From positions 57,434 to 121,433 of IMG/VR virus record IMGVR_UViG_3300028833_000087: a stretch of DNA of 64,000 nt; one strand, written 5' to 3'. Shown here piece by piece: positions 39,231 through 49,321 of this stretch. Source of the DNA: a virus. Lineage: Duplodnaviria > Caudoviricetes. The notes below the pieces were generated by a model. That model searched no databases. It saw only the letters and a list, made by a program, of their open reading frames with translations, and was not told the origin of the DNA. The position numbers were made by a program, and so were the translations under genes. Position 1 is the first letter of the stretch; every line of letters begins with the position of its first letter.

Positions 39231-39836
39231 TCATTCTCCACACCCCTTACATTTAATTGTGTTTATAGGATCATCTTCATAATCGCCACAGTGTAATATT
39301 ACATGATCATTACTATACATAAGAACATTAGTATCATCAACATAAAATTCATATGTTCCGAATGTCTTTTTAGTATCTATCACTCTTTGATTAGAACTGC
39401 CCTTCCATAATAATTTAGGGTCCTTTAATGATTCTACAAATTCCCCATCCACTAATACATCTATACTGGTAAATAATCCTTCAGCTAATTGAGGATCTCT
39501 GTTCATCAGTTGTTCAAATGTAAATCCTGTATAAATCCATATAGTCTTATTAGGATATCTTTCTTTTACATCTTCAACAAAATCACATACTTCTTCAAAA
39601 TTATAAGCAGATAAAGGATCACCACCAGATATAGTAAGACCAGAAATATAATCTTTATCTAATTCATCATATATTTCCTGCTTAGCTTTTTCATCAAAGA
39701 TAATACCATCGTCAGGATCCCAGGTTATAGGATTATGACAACCTTTACAATGATGAGGACAACCAGATACCCAAAGAACCACCCTTAATCCATCACCATT
39801 TTTCATATCATCTTTGGTAATATCATGATACTTCAT
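39231..39836 (-). CDS. nrdG: Anaerobic RNR activating radical SAM enzyme (start moved to 39836)
   Basis: NGDGLRVVLWVSGCPHHCKGCHN, SGGDPL, LVDG.F, GSSNQR. Confidence 0.95.
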   Translation of the reverse strand: MKYHDITKDDMKNGDGLRVVLWVSGCPHHCKGCHNPITWDPDDGIIFDEKAKQEIYDELDKDYISGLTISGGDPLSAYNFEEVCDFVEDVKERYPNKTIWIYTGFTFEQLMNRDPQLAEGLFTSIDVLVDGEFVESLKDPKLLWKGSSNQRVIDTKKTFGTYEFYVDDTNVLMYSNDHVILHCGDYEDDPINTIKCKGCGE

Positions 39837-39865
39837 TATAATACCTCCTAATATGATAGTATAGA

Positions 39866-42319
39866 TCACATTGATATGCGATCCAAAACCTCTTTCATTT
39901 TAGCATCACTCATACGAGATTCACCATGGACTCTACTATATGCTAAATATCCATTCATTCTGTCAATTCTAGTAATATTTCTAGAACCACAATGAGGACA
40001 AACTTCAGGCATAGCAAGTTCTTCATATCCACAGTCATCACAATAAGCAAGGCTAAGATTTACACCTTCATAGAATCCCATTTCCATTGCTCTTCTTATA
40101 AGAGTTCTTATAGCTTCTTTATTATAGCTTAAAGGATATTTTACATACTGGATTTTTCCACCATTATGAGTATCCCAAAATCTATATTCAAGATCTTGTT
40201 TCTGAATAGGAGTAATATCTTCTGTAACATGACAATGGAAAGAGTTAGAGAAATATTCTCTATCGGATACATTCTTAATTATACCATATTTAGCTCTAAA
40301 TTGTCTAGATTGCAACGGAAGTAAATTTTCTCCAGGTGTGCCATATATAGCATACAATCTACCATCCTCTTTCTTAAATTGTTTAATCTTATCATTGATA
40401 TAATTCATAACTTCTAAAGCAAAAGCTCCATCTTCTACTAAAGATTTCTTATTATATAACTGCTGAAGTTCATTTAATGCTGTAATACCAAATGATGCAG
40501 TAAAAGTATCAATAACAGGTTTAATTTTATCATGAAAATCAAGATGACCGCCATAAAATCCACCAAAGCAATACATAAGAGGATTAGTAGAAGCTTTCAT
40601 TTCACCTAAATAATCATAGGTACGTAAATGAATATTTCTAATCATCTCAAGATAATAATCAAGTACATCATAAAAATCTTTACCTTCTTGTCTAGCTTTA
40701 GCTAATATCATCACTAAATTCAAAGAGACTACTCCACAGTTACCTCTTCCGCAGAATATAGGAGTATCATTCTCATCAGCAGGTTCTAATCCACCTCTTT
40801 CCCACCAAGGAGATAAAAATGCTCTGCACATGTTATTTACACTGACTATCTGTTCCCTCAGAACTCGCCAGGTTCTTCATCGGGCGATGCGCTCTGAACT
40901 GGTGCTTATCTCCAGTCCTCTTGTGGTACACTCATCCCACCTTAGTCGATACACCTTCCTATTACTAGGCTTGGCACGCACTCTCCATAGATCATAGCTT
41001 TTGACTCCCTATGGTCAATCCGTTAGCAAGATTATAAATCTCACACCCTATAAGCTAGGTTCACATCGTTATTATAATGGGCTACATTTACACTTACCCA
41101 TAGGCGATATCACTTTACCATACTTCTTATACATACTAGGCACATATCCTTCTCCAGTTAAAGATAACCAATCAGGATACATGGTCTTAGAAGAACATTC
41201 AATACCAGCTTCAAATACATCTTCTAATTCCTTACCAGGACCATGAAGATTTTCATCATATAAGAAAACAACTTTAGGGAATAATACAGGTTTCTTATGT
41301 CCTTCTTTACCCTGACCATTCATTCTAACTCTAAGCATTACTTTATTACACATTTTACCAAACTTAGTTGTAGATAAACCGCTGGTAACTGTAATAAAAG
41401 GATAATCACCTCTGGAAGATCCTACAGTATTAAACTTATATTCCCAACCCTGGAATCCTTGTTCAAATTCTCTCTGAACTTTTTCTTTGGCAAATTCATT
41501 AGCTTTCTCATCATCAGCACCAAGTCTCTTAGCATCTTCAAAATATTTATCATAAGATTTCTTAGCATAAGGTTCTAATAATTTATCTACTTCAGATATA
41601 GTAAATCCACCATATTGCTGAGATGCTGCTGAAAGAGTAACATCGCCAATTACATCAAATGCTACATCAAGAGAATTAGGTTCATTATACCATACATTAC
41701 CCATTTCAAATCCATCTTTTAATACGGCTCCTATATCAGGTAATGAGCAGTTCATAGTATCTCTACGAGCAGACATATCATGTATATAAATATATCCGTC
41801 TCTACAAGCTTGAAGCTCTTCTGTAGTCATAAAGAATTTCTGATATAATTCTTTATTTATCTGATTAAATATAAGACTTCTTTTTGTAGATACAAGAGCT
41901 GAATCCGAATTGGCATTCTCCTTATCTCCTACATACATAATAGATTGAGCTTTCTTATAGATATCATCCATCATATAAACAAAGTCATGTTTATAATTTC
42001 TATAATCTCTATATGATTTTGCTACAGCAGGCTTAATCTCATCAAGAGTTTTTTCTACAATATTATGCATATCTGATACTGAGATGAGATCTTTATCTAA
42101 ATCGTCAACTTTATTTACTACAGACTGACAAAGATATCTCTGTTCCTCTACAGTAAATTTAGTCAATGCTCTATATGCAGATTTACCAACAGCAATGATT
42201 ACTTTATTTACATTAAAAGGAGCATGAGTACCATCTTTCTTAATAATCATTACATCTCTTTTAGGTTTAAATTCTACACTAAAATCTTCATCAGTTTTTT
42301 CCATTTTTTCAATAGTCAT
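39866..42319 (-). CDS. nrdD: Class III ribonucleotide reductase; exons 42319-41096 and 40828-39866 (about 728 aa)
   Basis: ATP cone, YIHD, SPMG|CRAFL restored by splicing, C-terminal CxxC pairs and RMNGYL glycyl-radical motif. Confidence 0.95.
40829..41095 (-). mobile_element. Group I intron in nrdD (no ORF)
   Basis: P1 ATGGGT/GCCCAT with U.G at splice site; TATCGACTA and GATAGTCAG core; terminal G; frame restored. Confidence 0.9.
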
Positions 42320-42573
42320 ATTTATCAGATCCTTTCTGTAGATTTTTGAATGGTATTTTGATGTTTTGGCAAGTGTAATTTACTATATATCTGGAAATTT
42401 ATTTAGAAAAATTCTACCATATAAAAAGTATAATTTTTATATCTGAATAGATAAATGAATAAAATTTAAATATTCATTATCGAAAAATAAATGATAATAA
42501 ATTAGTAAATTTATTTTTTATTATATACTATAATAGTGATGCTATAAATAATATTTCAAAGAAAGGATATAAA

Positions 42574-43134
42574 ATGAAATACAAAATTACTATCGGATCA
42601 CCTATTAAAGATACTATTATTAGAAATATTGATGGAGATAAAATAGAAACTAATTCGTATGAATATTCATACGAATTTAAGAAATACTCTAAAATGACGA
42701 AATTTGTAAAGAAACTGCTTGATGATCCTGAGTTTGTGAAAAAATTGGTTAAAAAGAAAACAAAATCAAAAATAGCAGATAAAGGAGTTTGGTATTGCGG
42801 ATTAGATGTATGTATCTCTAATGACGATTGCCAGATGTTTAATCTTGGAGTATTTGAAGGATATGTATATTGCAAATATGATATAGATTTCTATATTTCG
42901 AATCATGATTTTGGTTTAAATACAGATGGTAAAGATAATATAACTATAGAATCTAAATCTGAATATAAAGCATATAGAAAGACAATTCTCAAAAGAATCA
43001 AAAAATATAATAAAATAGCTAAAAAGAAATTAAAGAAAACAACCACCAGTGAAAATATAAATCAAAATAATACAAATATACAACCTATAAGATATGATAT
43101 TGAACCTAAAGTTATTAAAGGATTTTGTGGATAG
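42574..43134 (+). CDS. Hypothetical basic protein
   Basis: 186 aa, SD, promoter motif 42521. Confidence 0.75.
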   Translation: MKYKITIGSPIKDTIIRNIDGDKIETNSYEYSYEFKKYSKMTKFVKKLLDDPEFVKKLVKKKTKSKIADKGVWYCGLDVCISNDDCQMFNLGVFEGYVYCKYDIDFYISNHDFGLNTDGKDNITIESKSEYKAYRKTILKRIKKYNKIAKKKLKKTTTSENINQNNTNIQPIRYDIEPKVIKGFCG

Positions 43135-43148
43135 AAAAGGAGAAATAA

Positions 43149-44204
43149 ATGAAAATTAAAGATAATTATGAAAATGAAAACTTGTATAATATTGATTTTA
43201 GCGGTAAAAATCTTGAAAATGTTAATTTTATAAATTGCACAATTGTTAATGTTAATTTTGAAGGTGCAAATTTACGTTCAGTTAAGTTTTATAGTTCGAA
43301 ATTAATGTCAGTCTATTTTGATAAAGCCATAATGTATCGCTGCGGTTTTTATAATTGCAAAATATATGATACTACTTTTGATAGTGCAGAAATAAGTGAT
43401 ACAGATTTTGCTTCAAATGATGCTTCAAAATTAGATTTTTCGAATTCAAAAATAGTATCATCTAATTTTAAATATCTAAGATGTCCAGATCATATTATAT
43501 TTAATTATGCAATTTTAAATGATATTAATTTAGCTTATTGCAATTTGCTTCATGGATCATTTGATTATACAGATATATCTGGTTCAGATTTTACAGGTGC
43601 TTTATTAATCGGTGCATCATTTAATAAAGCTCGCATTGCAGATACTTCATTTAAAGCAGCAAATTTACATGGAGCATTTTTTACTAAAACTAATCTTATT
43701 AATTGTGATTTATGTTTCAGTAATCTTGCAGAAGCTATGATACACTATTGGACTATATTTAAATGTAATTTAATTGGTGCTAATCTGTGTAAATGTGATT
43801 TGAAAAGCAGAAAAGGACGTAATTATATTTCATTGGCTGAATATAGGAAAGGAAAGATTCTGAGTGAAAATATTATAGGTTATAAGAAATGCAGAAGCTA
43901 TGATAAAATTTATCATTCATTAGATGATTGTAGAATTGCTATGGTGACTCTTGAAATACCAAGAGGAGCAATTGTATTTTCTATCAATGGTAATAAATGT
44001 AGAACTAACAGGGCAAAAGTTTTAGATATAGTTGATATTAACGGAAACAAAGTACCAAGAGCTAGATCATATATGGGCGAATTAACTTATTATGTAGGTG
44101 ATGATTTTACAATATATGATTTTGATTGTGAGTACAATAATGAATGCTCTACAGGTATACATTTCTTTATGACTAAAGAAGAAGCAGAAAAGTATAGAGG
44201 ATAA
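43149..44204 (+). CDS. Pentapeptide repeat protein with DUF5758-like C-terminus
   Basis: xxFxx repeats; LEIP.GA..FS.NG.KCR...GIHFF. Confidence 0.85.
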   Translation: MKIKDNYENENLYNIDFSGKNLENVNFINCTIVNVNFEGANLRSVKFYSSKLMSVYFDKAIMYRCGFYNCKIYDTTFDSAEISDTDFASNDASKLDFSNSKIVSSNFKYLRCPDHIIFNYAILNDINLAYCNLLHGSFDYTDISGSDFTGALLIGASFNKARIADTSFKAANLHGAFFTKTNLINCDLCFSNLAEAMIHYWTIFKCNLIGANLCKCDLKSRKGRNYISLAEYRKGKILSENIIGYKKCRSYDKIYHSLDDCRIAMVTLEIPRGAIVFSINGNKCRTNRAKVLDIVDINGNKVPRARSYMGELTYYVGDDFTIYDFDCEYNNECSTGIHFFMTKEEAEKYRG

Positions 44205-44276
44205 TATTAAAGGTGGTGTAATTTATGCACCACCTTTTAGTAAAATTATGAATTGACCAAAGAAAAGGAGGAATAA

Positions 44277-44768
44277 ATGGATCCTAAAGAATTAATATTT
44301 AGACATTATACATCATCTAAATTTTTAAGTGAATATAGACCCGAATGTGTTTTAGAAAGAGCTTCAGCTAATATATTTAAGCCTTTAGGATTTTGGGGTT
44401 CACCTTCACCAACAAATAAAAATTATTCGGATTTTTATACTTGGAAAGAATGGTTAATAGATAATGATTATGAAGAAGATGATCCTACTTCGTTTGGTAG
44501 TAAATATTTCTTTGATTTTAAAATCAAAGAAGAATCAAAAATATTATCTATATTGAACTATGAAGAAGATATAAAAATGTATAGAAAATATTGTGGTACA
44601 GAATATTACAAAGGAGGATTTTTTGATAAATCATTATATGAAGATTTTGACGGAATATTTTTATATCACGGATATGATCAATTCGAAATACACATGTCGT
44701 TAGAGTTTAATGGATGGGATGTTGATTCTATAGTAGTATGGAATCCGGAAATGATAGTTACAATTTAA
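44277..44768 (+). CDS. Hypothetical protein, possible ADP-ribosyltransferase-like fold
   Basis: RHYTS, GFWGS, FDGI, WDVDSIVVWNP. Confidence 0.6.
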   Translation: MDPKELIFRHYTSSKFLSEYRPECVLERASANIFKPLGFWGSPSPTNKNYSDFYTWKEWLIDNDYEEDDPTSFGSKYFFDFKIKEESKILSILNYEEDIKMYRKYCGTEYYKGGFFDKSLYEDFDGIFLYHGYDQFEIHMSLEFNGWDVDSIVVWNPEMIVTI

Positions 44769-44783
44769 AGGAGGAATAAAAAA

Positions 44784-45905
44784 ATGATAAGAAAACAAAT
44801 TCAAAAAGAATATTTAAATGAGAAGTTAATGAATATTGATTTTTCTAATATGAAATTCAAAGATACTCTATTTAAAAATTGCACAATTATTGATAGTACT
44901 TTTTCTGGTGCAGAACTTAGAGAAGTTAAATTTACAAATTGTACAATTGAATGCACTAATTTTGAAAATTCTACACTTATAAGTGTAAATTTTTATGATT
45001 CAATTTTAGATGAAGTTAATTTTGACAAAGCTGATATAGATTATTATGCATTTAATAAATGTAGATTGAACAGAATTCGTTTCGTGGGTGCAAATATTCA
45101 TGTTGCTAATTTTTATGGAAATAATTATATTTCAAAAGTTGATTTTAGCAATTCAAAACTGAAGTTAGTTAATTTTAAAAATACCAGCTTTCACGAATAT
45201 GCAACATTTGACTTTGCGGAAATAATAAAATGTAATTTTTATTATTCTTATTTATGCAGTTATTCAAGATTCAATAATACTGTTATAGAAAATACAGATT
45301 TTTCTTATTCTAATTTATATAAAGTAACTTTTTCTGATGCTAATATTACAGATAGCGAATTTCAATTTGCTAATTTATCAAGATCATATTTTATTGAATC
45401 AACGATTAATTGTTGTGATTTTTCCTATAGCAATCTTACAGATAGCACCATGCTTGATTCTCATTTGCAAAATTGTAATTTTAAAGGTTCTAATTTGCTT
45501 GGTATTTGCTTAGATCACGTAGATTCTCCTTTGATTGAATACGTAAGAGGAAAAATTTTAACAGAAAATATTATTGTTTACAAACAATGCAGAATCTTTA
45601 CCAGTTCATTATTTAAGCCTACATTAACTGATCAAATTGCTATATTAACCTTAGAGATACCAAGAGGAGCAATTGTATTTTCAATCAATGGTAGTAAATG
45701 CAGAACTAATAAGGCAAAAGTTTTAGATATAGTAGATGAGAATGGAAATAAATTGCAAAGAGCTAGATCATTAAGATGCAATATGTCTTATTATGTTGGA
45801 GACGAAATTACTATATATAATTTCAACTGTCAATATAATATAGAATGTGCTGAAGGTATTCATTTCTTTATGACTAAAGAAGAAGCAATAAATTACAATA
45901 GATAA
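44784..45905 (+). CDS. Pentapeptide repeat protein paralog
   Basis: Same architecture as 43149. Confidence 0.85.
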   Translation: MIRKQIQKEYLNEKLMNIDFSNMKFKDTLFKNCTIIDSTFSGAELREVKFTNCTIECTNFENSTLISVNFYDSILDEVNFDKADIDYYAFNKCRLNRIRFVGANIHVANFYGNNYISKVDFSNSKLKLVNFKNTSFHEYATFDFAEIIKCNFYYSYLCSYSRFNNTVIENTDFSYSNLYKVTFSDANITDSEFQFANLSRSYFIESTINCCDFSYSNLTDSTMLDSHLQNCNFKGSNLLGICLDHVDSPLIEYVRGKILTENIIVYKQCRIFTSSLFKPTLTDQIAILTLEIPRGAIVFSINGSKCRTNKAKVLDIVDENGNKLQRARSLRCNMSYYVGDEITIYNFNCQYNIECAEGIHFFMTKEEAINYNR

Positions 45906-45911
45906 TATAGA

Positions 45912-46088
45912 TTGGAGATAGAAAAATGTGATGATAAGATATATAAAGATTACGACGGGGTATTTTTATTTCATGGTAATGATTATTTCAATATTCATTT
46001 TGATAGATATATGAATTGTTGGGATGTAGATTCTATCGTTATTTGGAATCCGGAAATAATAATACCAATTAAAAGAAAAGGAGAATAA
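45912..46088 (+). pseudogene. 5'-truncated paralog of 44277-44768
   Basis: YKDYDGVFLFHG...WDVDSIVIWNPE. Confidence 0.65.
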
Positions 46089-46091
46089 AAA

Positions 46092-47075
46092 ATGAAACAT
46101 ATGACAGAAAATGAATTGGATGAATTGATAAAAAATTCAAAGAAAATAGAAGATAATAAAATGATAGAATTAGAAAATTATAATTTTAAATATTGTAATC
46201 TTTCAGAAAAGAATATTTCAAATATACGATTTGTAGGATGTGATTTTTCTAGTGCCATTTTAAATAGAACGGATTTTGATAATTGTGTATTTATGAATGT
46301 TATTTTTATAGGCGCTACTTTATATAATACTAAATTTATAAAATCTAAAATATTTTCAAGTTCATTTCATCATGTAATTTTAGATAATAGCATTTTTACA
46401 GATACGACAATAGAGAATACCAATATGAGTTATTCTTCTGCTCAATCTGCCAAATTCACAAATTGTTGTTTATTTAGTACAGATTTTAGTTCATCTAATT
46501 TATGTGATTCTAAATTTATTAATACATCATTGCGTTATATACAGTTTGGAATGTCGAATTTAGCATTTGCGATATTTAATGAATGTCCTACTGTAGAAAA
46601 CATTGATTTTAAGTTGTCTAATTTATGCGGAACAGTTCTTGATTGTTTTCAAAATGAATATGTAAGAGGTAAAATATTAACAGAAAATATTATTGGATAT
46701 AAAGCTAGTGTAGAAGGATATATCATAGTTTTAGAAATTCCTGCAGGTGCAATAGTATTTTCTATTAATGGTATTAAATGTCGTACAAATAAAGCTAAAG
46801 TAATTGATATATACAATCCTTTTGTCATAAAGACAGAGAGTAAGATTAAGAGTAAGGTTACTCGTGCATATTCTATGTTTGATAGGCGTTTCTCATATTA
46901 TATAGGAGATGAATTTAATATAAAAGATTTCGATCTCCAATATAATAAGGAATGTTCATCAGGAATTCATTTCTATGCAAATGAAGAAAAATTAATAGAG
47001 TTTATGAAAGAAAATTTATACATTTATCCTTCATCTGGGTATAATTTTAATACAACACTCGTGTTTTCTAATTGA
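46092..47075 (+). CDS. Pentapeptide repeat protein paralog
   Basis: Same architecture as 43149. Confidence 0.85.
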   Translation: MKHMTENELDELIKNSKKIEDNKMIELENYNFKYCNLSEKNISNIRFVGCDFSSAILNRTDFDNCVFMNVIFIGATLYNTKFIKSKIFSSSFHHVILDNSIFTDTTIENTNMSYSSAQSAKFTNCCLFSTDFSSSNLCDSKFINTSLRYIQFGMSNLAFAIFNECPTVENIDFKLSNLCGTVLDCFQNEYVRGKILTENIIGYKASVEGYIIVLEIPAGAIVFSINGIKCRTNKAKVIDIYNPFVIKTESKIKSKVTRAYSMFDRRFSYYIGDEFNIKDFDLQYNKECSSGIHFYANEEKLIEFMKENLYIYPSSGYNFNTTLVFSN

Positions 47076-47085
47076 GGTTATAATA

Positions 47086-47526
47086 ATGATTAATTCATTT
47101 AAAAATGATTACTTCTTTTTATCGAATTTTTATAATGCACCAGTTACATATAATGGTATAACCTATAAAAATAACGAAGCAGCATTCCAGGCTCAAAAAT
47201 GCCTGGATGCTGATATAAAAAATAAATTTGCAGATCTTAATCCTGGTCAGGCAAAGAGATTAGGAAGATGTGTAGATTTAAGAGAAGACTGGGAAGAAGT
47301 AAAATTTACTATAATGCAAGAAATTGTAGACAGTAAATTTGATCAGAATCCTGAGTTAGCAGAGAAATTGCTACAGACTGGTATCGAATATCTTGAAGAG
47401 GGAAATAACTGGGGTGATAAAATCTGGGGTACTGTAAAAGGAGAAGGACAGAATAACCTCGGAAAGATATTGATGAATACTAGGGACAGGATTAAAGGAT
47501 TAGAATCTCCTTTATTATTAAAATAA
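47086..47526 (+). CDS. NADAR (YbiA-like) family protein
   Basis: FLSNFY, EAAFQAQK, AKRLGR..LREDW, KFDQ, WG...GQNNLGKILM. Confidence 0.9.
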   Translation: MINSFKNDYFFLSNFYNAPVTYNGITYKNNEAAFQAQKCLDADIKNKFADLNPGQAKRLGRCVDLREDWEEVKFTIMQEIVDSKFDQNPELAEKLLQTGIEYLEEGNNWGDKIWGTVKGEGQNNLGKILMNTRDRIKGLESPLLLK

Positions 47527-47627
47527 GCATAAAAGGTGGTATAGTTTTATATCACCTTTTCTATAATTTTATTTTCTATTATATACTGTAACAATATGTC
47601 ATTATATATCAAAGAAAGGATAGTAAA

Positions 47628-49268
47628 ATGAAAGAAAAACAAAAATTCACATCAGGACAAATAGAGGAAATAATAAACGGTGTTTACTCAAAAGTAGACA
47701 TCTATCAGTATGCGGACTTTTTCTTAACTAAAAATCAAATGAAACAAATTCGTTTAGGATTAGAATCTGGTATAGATACTTCTATATATAATAAGAGGTA
47801 TTATAATTCTGATCAAATGGAACAATTAAGACTTGGTTTAGAAGAAGGACTAGATGTATCTATTTATGCTGATAGATTTTTTAATGAATATAAAATGGCA
47901 GAAATAAGAAAATGTCTAAAAAATGGTATTGATCCTGATATCTTTATAAACCAACATCATAATTTTGATAAATATCAGATAAAGTTATTAAGAAAAGGAT
48001 TAGAAAAAGGATTAGATATATCTGCATATGCAGATCCGGATTACACCATACAAGAAATGGAACAAATTATGGATGGACTTATGCATGGTATTGATATATC
48101 TGTTTATATTAGAGGATTTAATTTTGAGCAGATGAAAGAAATAAGGAAAGGTATGCAAGATGGATTGGATATATCAATTTATGCTAAAAAAGAATATAAT
48201 GATTTGCAGATGCTTATGTTACGCAAAGGATTAGAATACGGAATCGATACACAATATTATTCTGATCCAAATTTTAATTATATGCAGATGGGAGAAATAC
48301 GATATGGATTACAAGCTGGCATCGATATTTTTCAATATAATAAAATTGAATATCCTTGGTGGGTAATGAGAGAGACGAGAGAAAGGCTAATTTTAGAGAA
48401 AAGATTCAATAATCTTAAAAATTTTAAATTTAGCAATTTTCTTGAAGTTCAAAAAAAGAAAATATTTTATGGTTTGAATAAATTAAGAGATATATCGTTT
48501 TTTGCAGATCCAAGACTTACTGTAGAACAGATGCAAGAGATTATTATCGGTATTGAAGAAGGAGTAAATGTATCTTTTTTCTGTAGTCATAATATCTCCG
48601 CTTCAAAAATGAAAAGTATGAGAATTACTTTATTTAAAAATAAAGCGGAATATCCGATAATTGATCAGTACGGTAATAGATATTACGATAGCAATCTTAA
48701 ATATAAAATTGAAATCGAAAGGCAAATGGAACAAATATGTCTTGGAATATCAAAACAACTTGATGTATCTATTTATGCAGATCCAAAATTTACTGCAGAG
48801 CAGATGAGAGAAATCCGAGAGGGTTTGGAAGAAGGATTAAATGTATCTTTATATAACAATCAAAAATTTAATGCAGATCAGATGAGAGAAATCCGAGAGG
48901 GTTTGAAACAACATCTTGATGTATCAATATATGTAAATCCAAAATTTACTGCAGAGCAGATGAGAGAAATCCGAGAGGGTTTGGAAGAAGGATTAAATGT
49001 ATCTATTTATGTAGATCAAAAATTTAATGCAGATCAGATGAGAGAAATCCGAGAGGGTTTGAAACAACATCTTGATGTATCAATATATGTAAATCCAAAA
49101 TTTACTGCAGAGCAGATGAGAGAAATACGAATAGGTTTGGAGCAACGTCTTGATGTATCAATATATAATAGTCTAAAATATAATGCTGAAGAGATGTATA
49201 ATATAAGGACAGAAATGCATTATAAAGATTTATTTAGACGTTATAATAATGGCGGTAAAAGAAATTAG
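47628..49268 (+). CDS. 26-aa tandem repeat protein
   Basis: IYADPKFTAEQMREIREGLEEGLDVS-type repeats throughout. Confidence 0.85.
   Translation: MKEKQKFTSGQIEEIINGVYSKVDIYQYADFFLTKNQMKQIRLGLESGIDTSIYNKRYYNSDQMEQLRLGLEEGLDVSIYADRFFNEYKMAEIRKCLKNGIDPDIFINQHHNFDKYQIKLLRKGLEKGLDISAYADPDYTIQEMEQIMDGLMHGIDISVYIRGFNFEQMKEIRKGMQDGLDISIYAKKEYNDLQMLMLRKGLEYGIDTQYYSDPNFNYMQMGEIRYGLQAGIDIFQYNKIEYPWWVMRETRERLILEKRFNNLKNFKFSNFLEVQKKKIFYGLNKLRDISFFADPRLTVEQMQEIIIGIEEGVNVSFFCSHNISASKMKSMRITLFKNKAEYPIIDQYGNRYYDSNLKYKIEIERQMEQICLGISKQLDVSIYADPKFTAEQMREIREGLEEGLNVSLYNNQKFNADQMREIREGLKQHLDVSIYVNPKFTAEQMREIREGLEEGLNVSIYVDQKFNADQMREIREGLKQHLDVSIYVNPKFTAEQMREIRIGLEQRLDVSIYNSLKYNAEEMYNIRTEMHYKDLFRRYNNGGKRN
48781..49170 (+). 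repeat. Near-perfect 156-bp tandem duplication
   Basis: ATCCAAAATTTACTGCAGAGCAGATGAGAGAAAT at 48781, 48937, 49093. Confidence 0.85.
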
Positions 49269-49321
49269 TAATCAGTAAAAGGGTAGTGTGGTTTCCCACA
49301 CTACCCAATTGTGTTTATTTT

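Noticed and set aside
41082-41095. GTAAATGT array-like motif at the start of the nrdD intron
   Set aside because: Single occurrence within the P1 loop, no pentamer register follows
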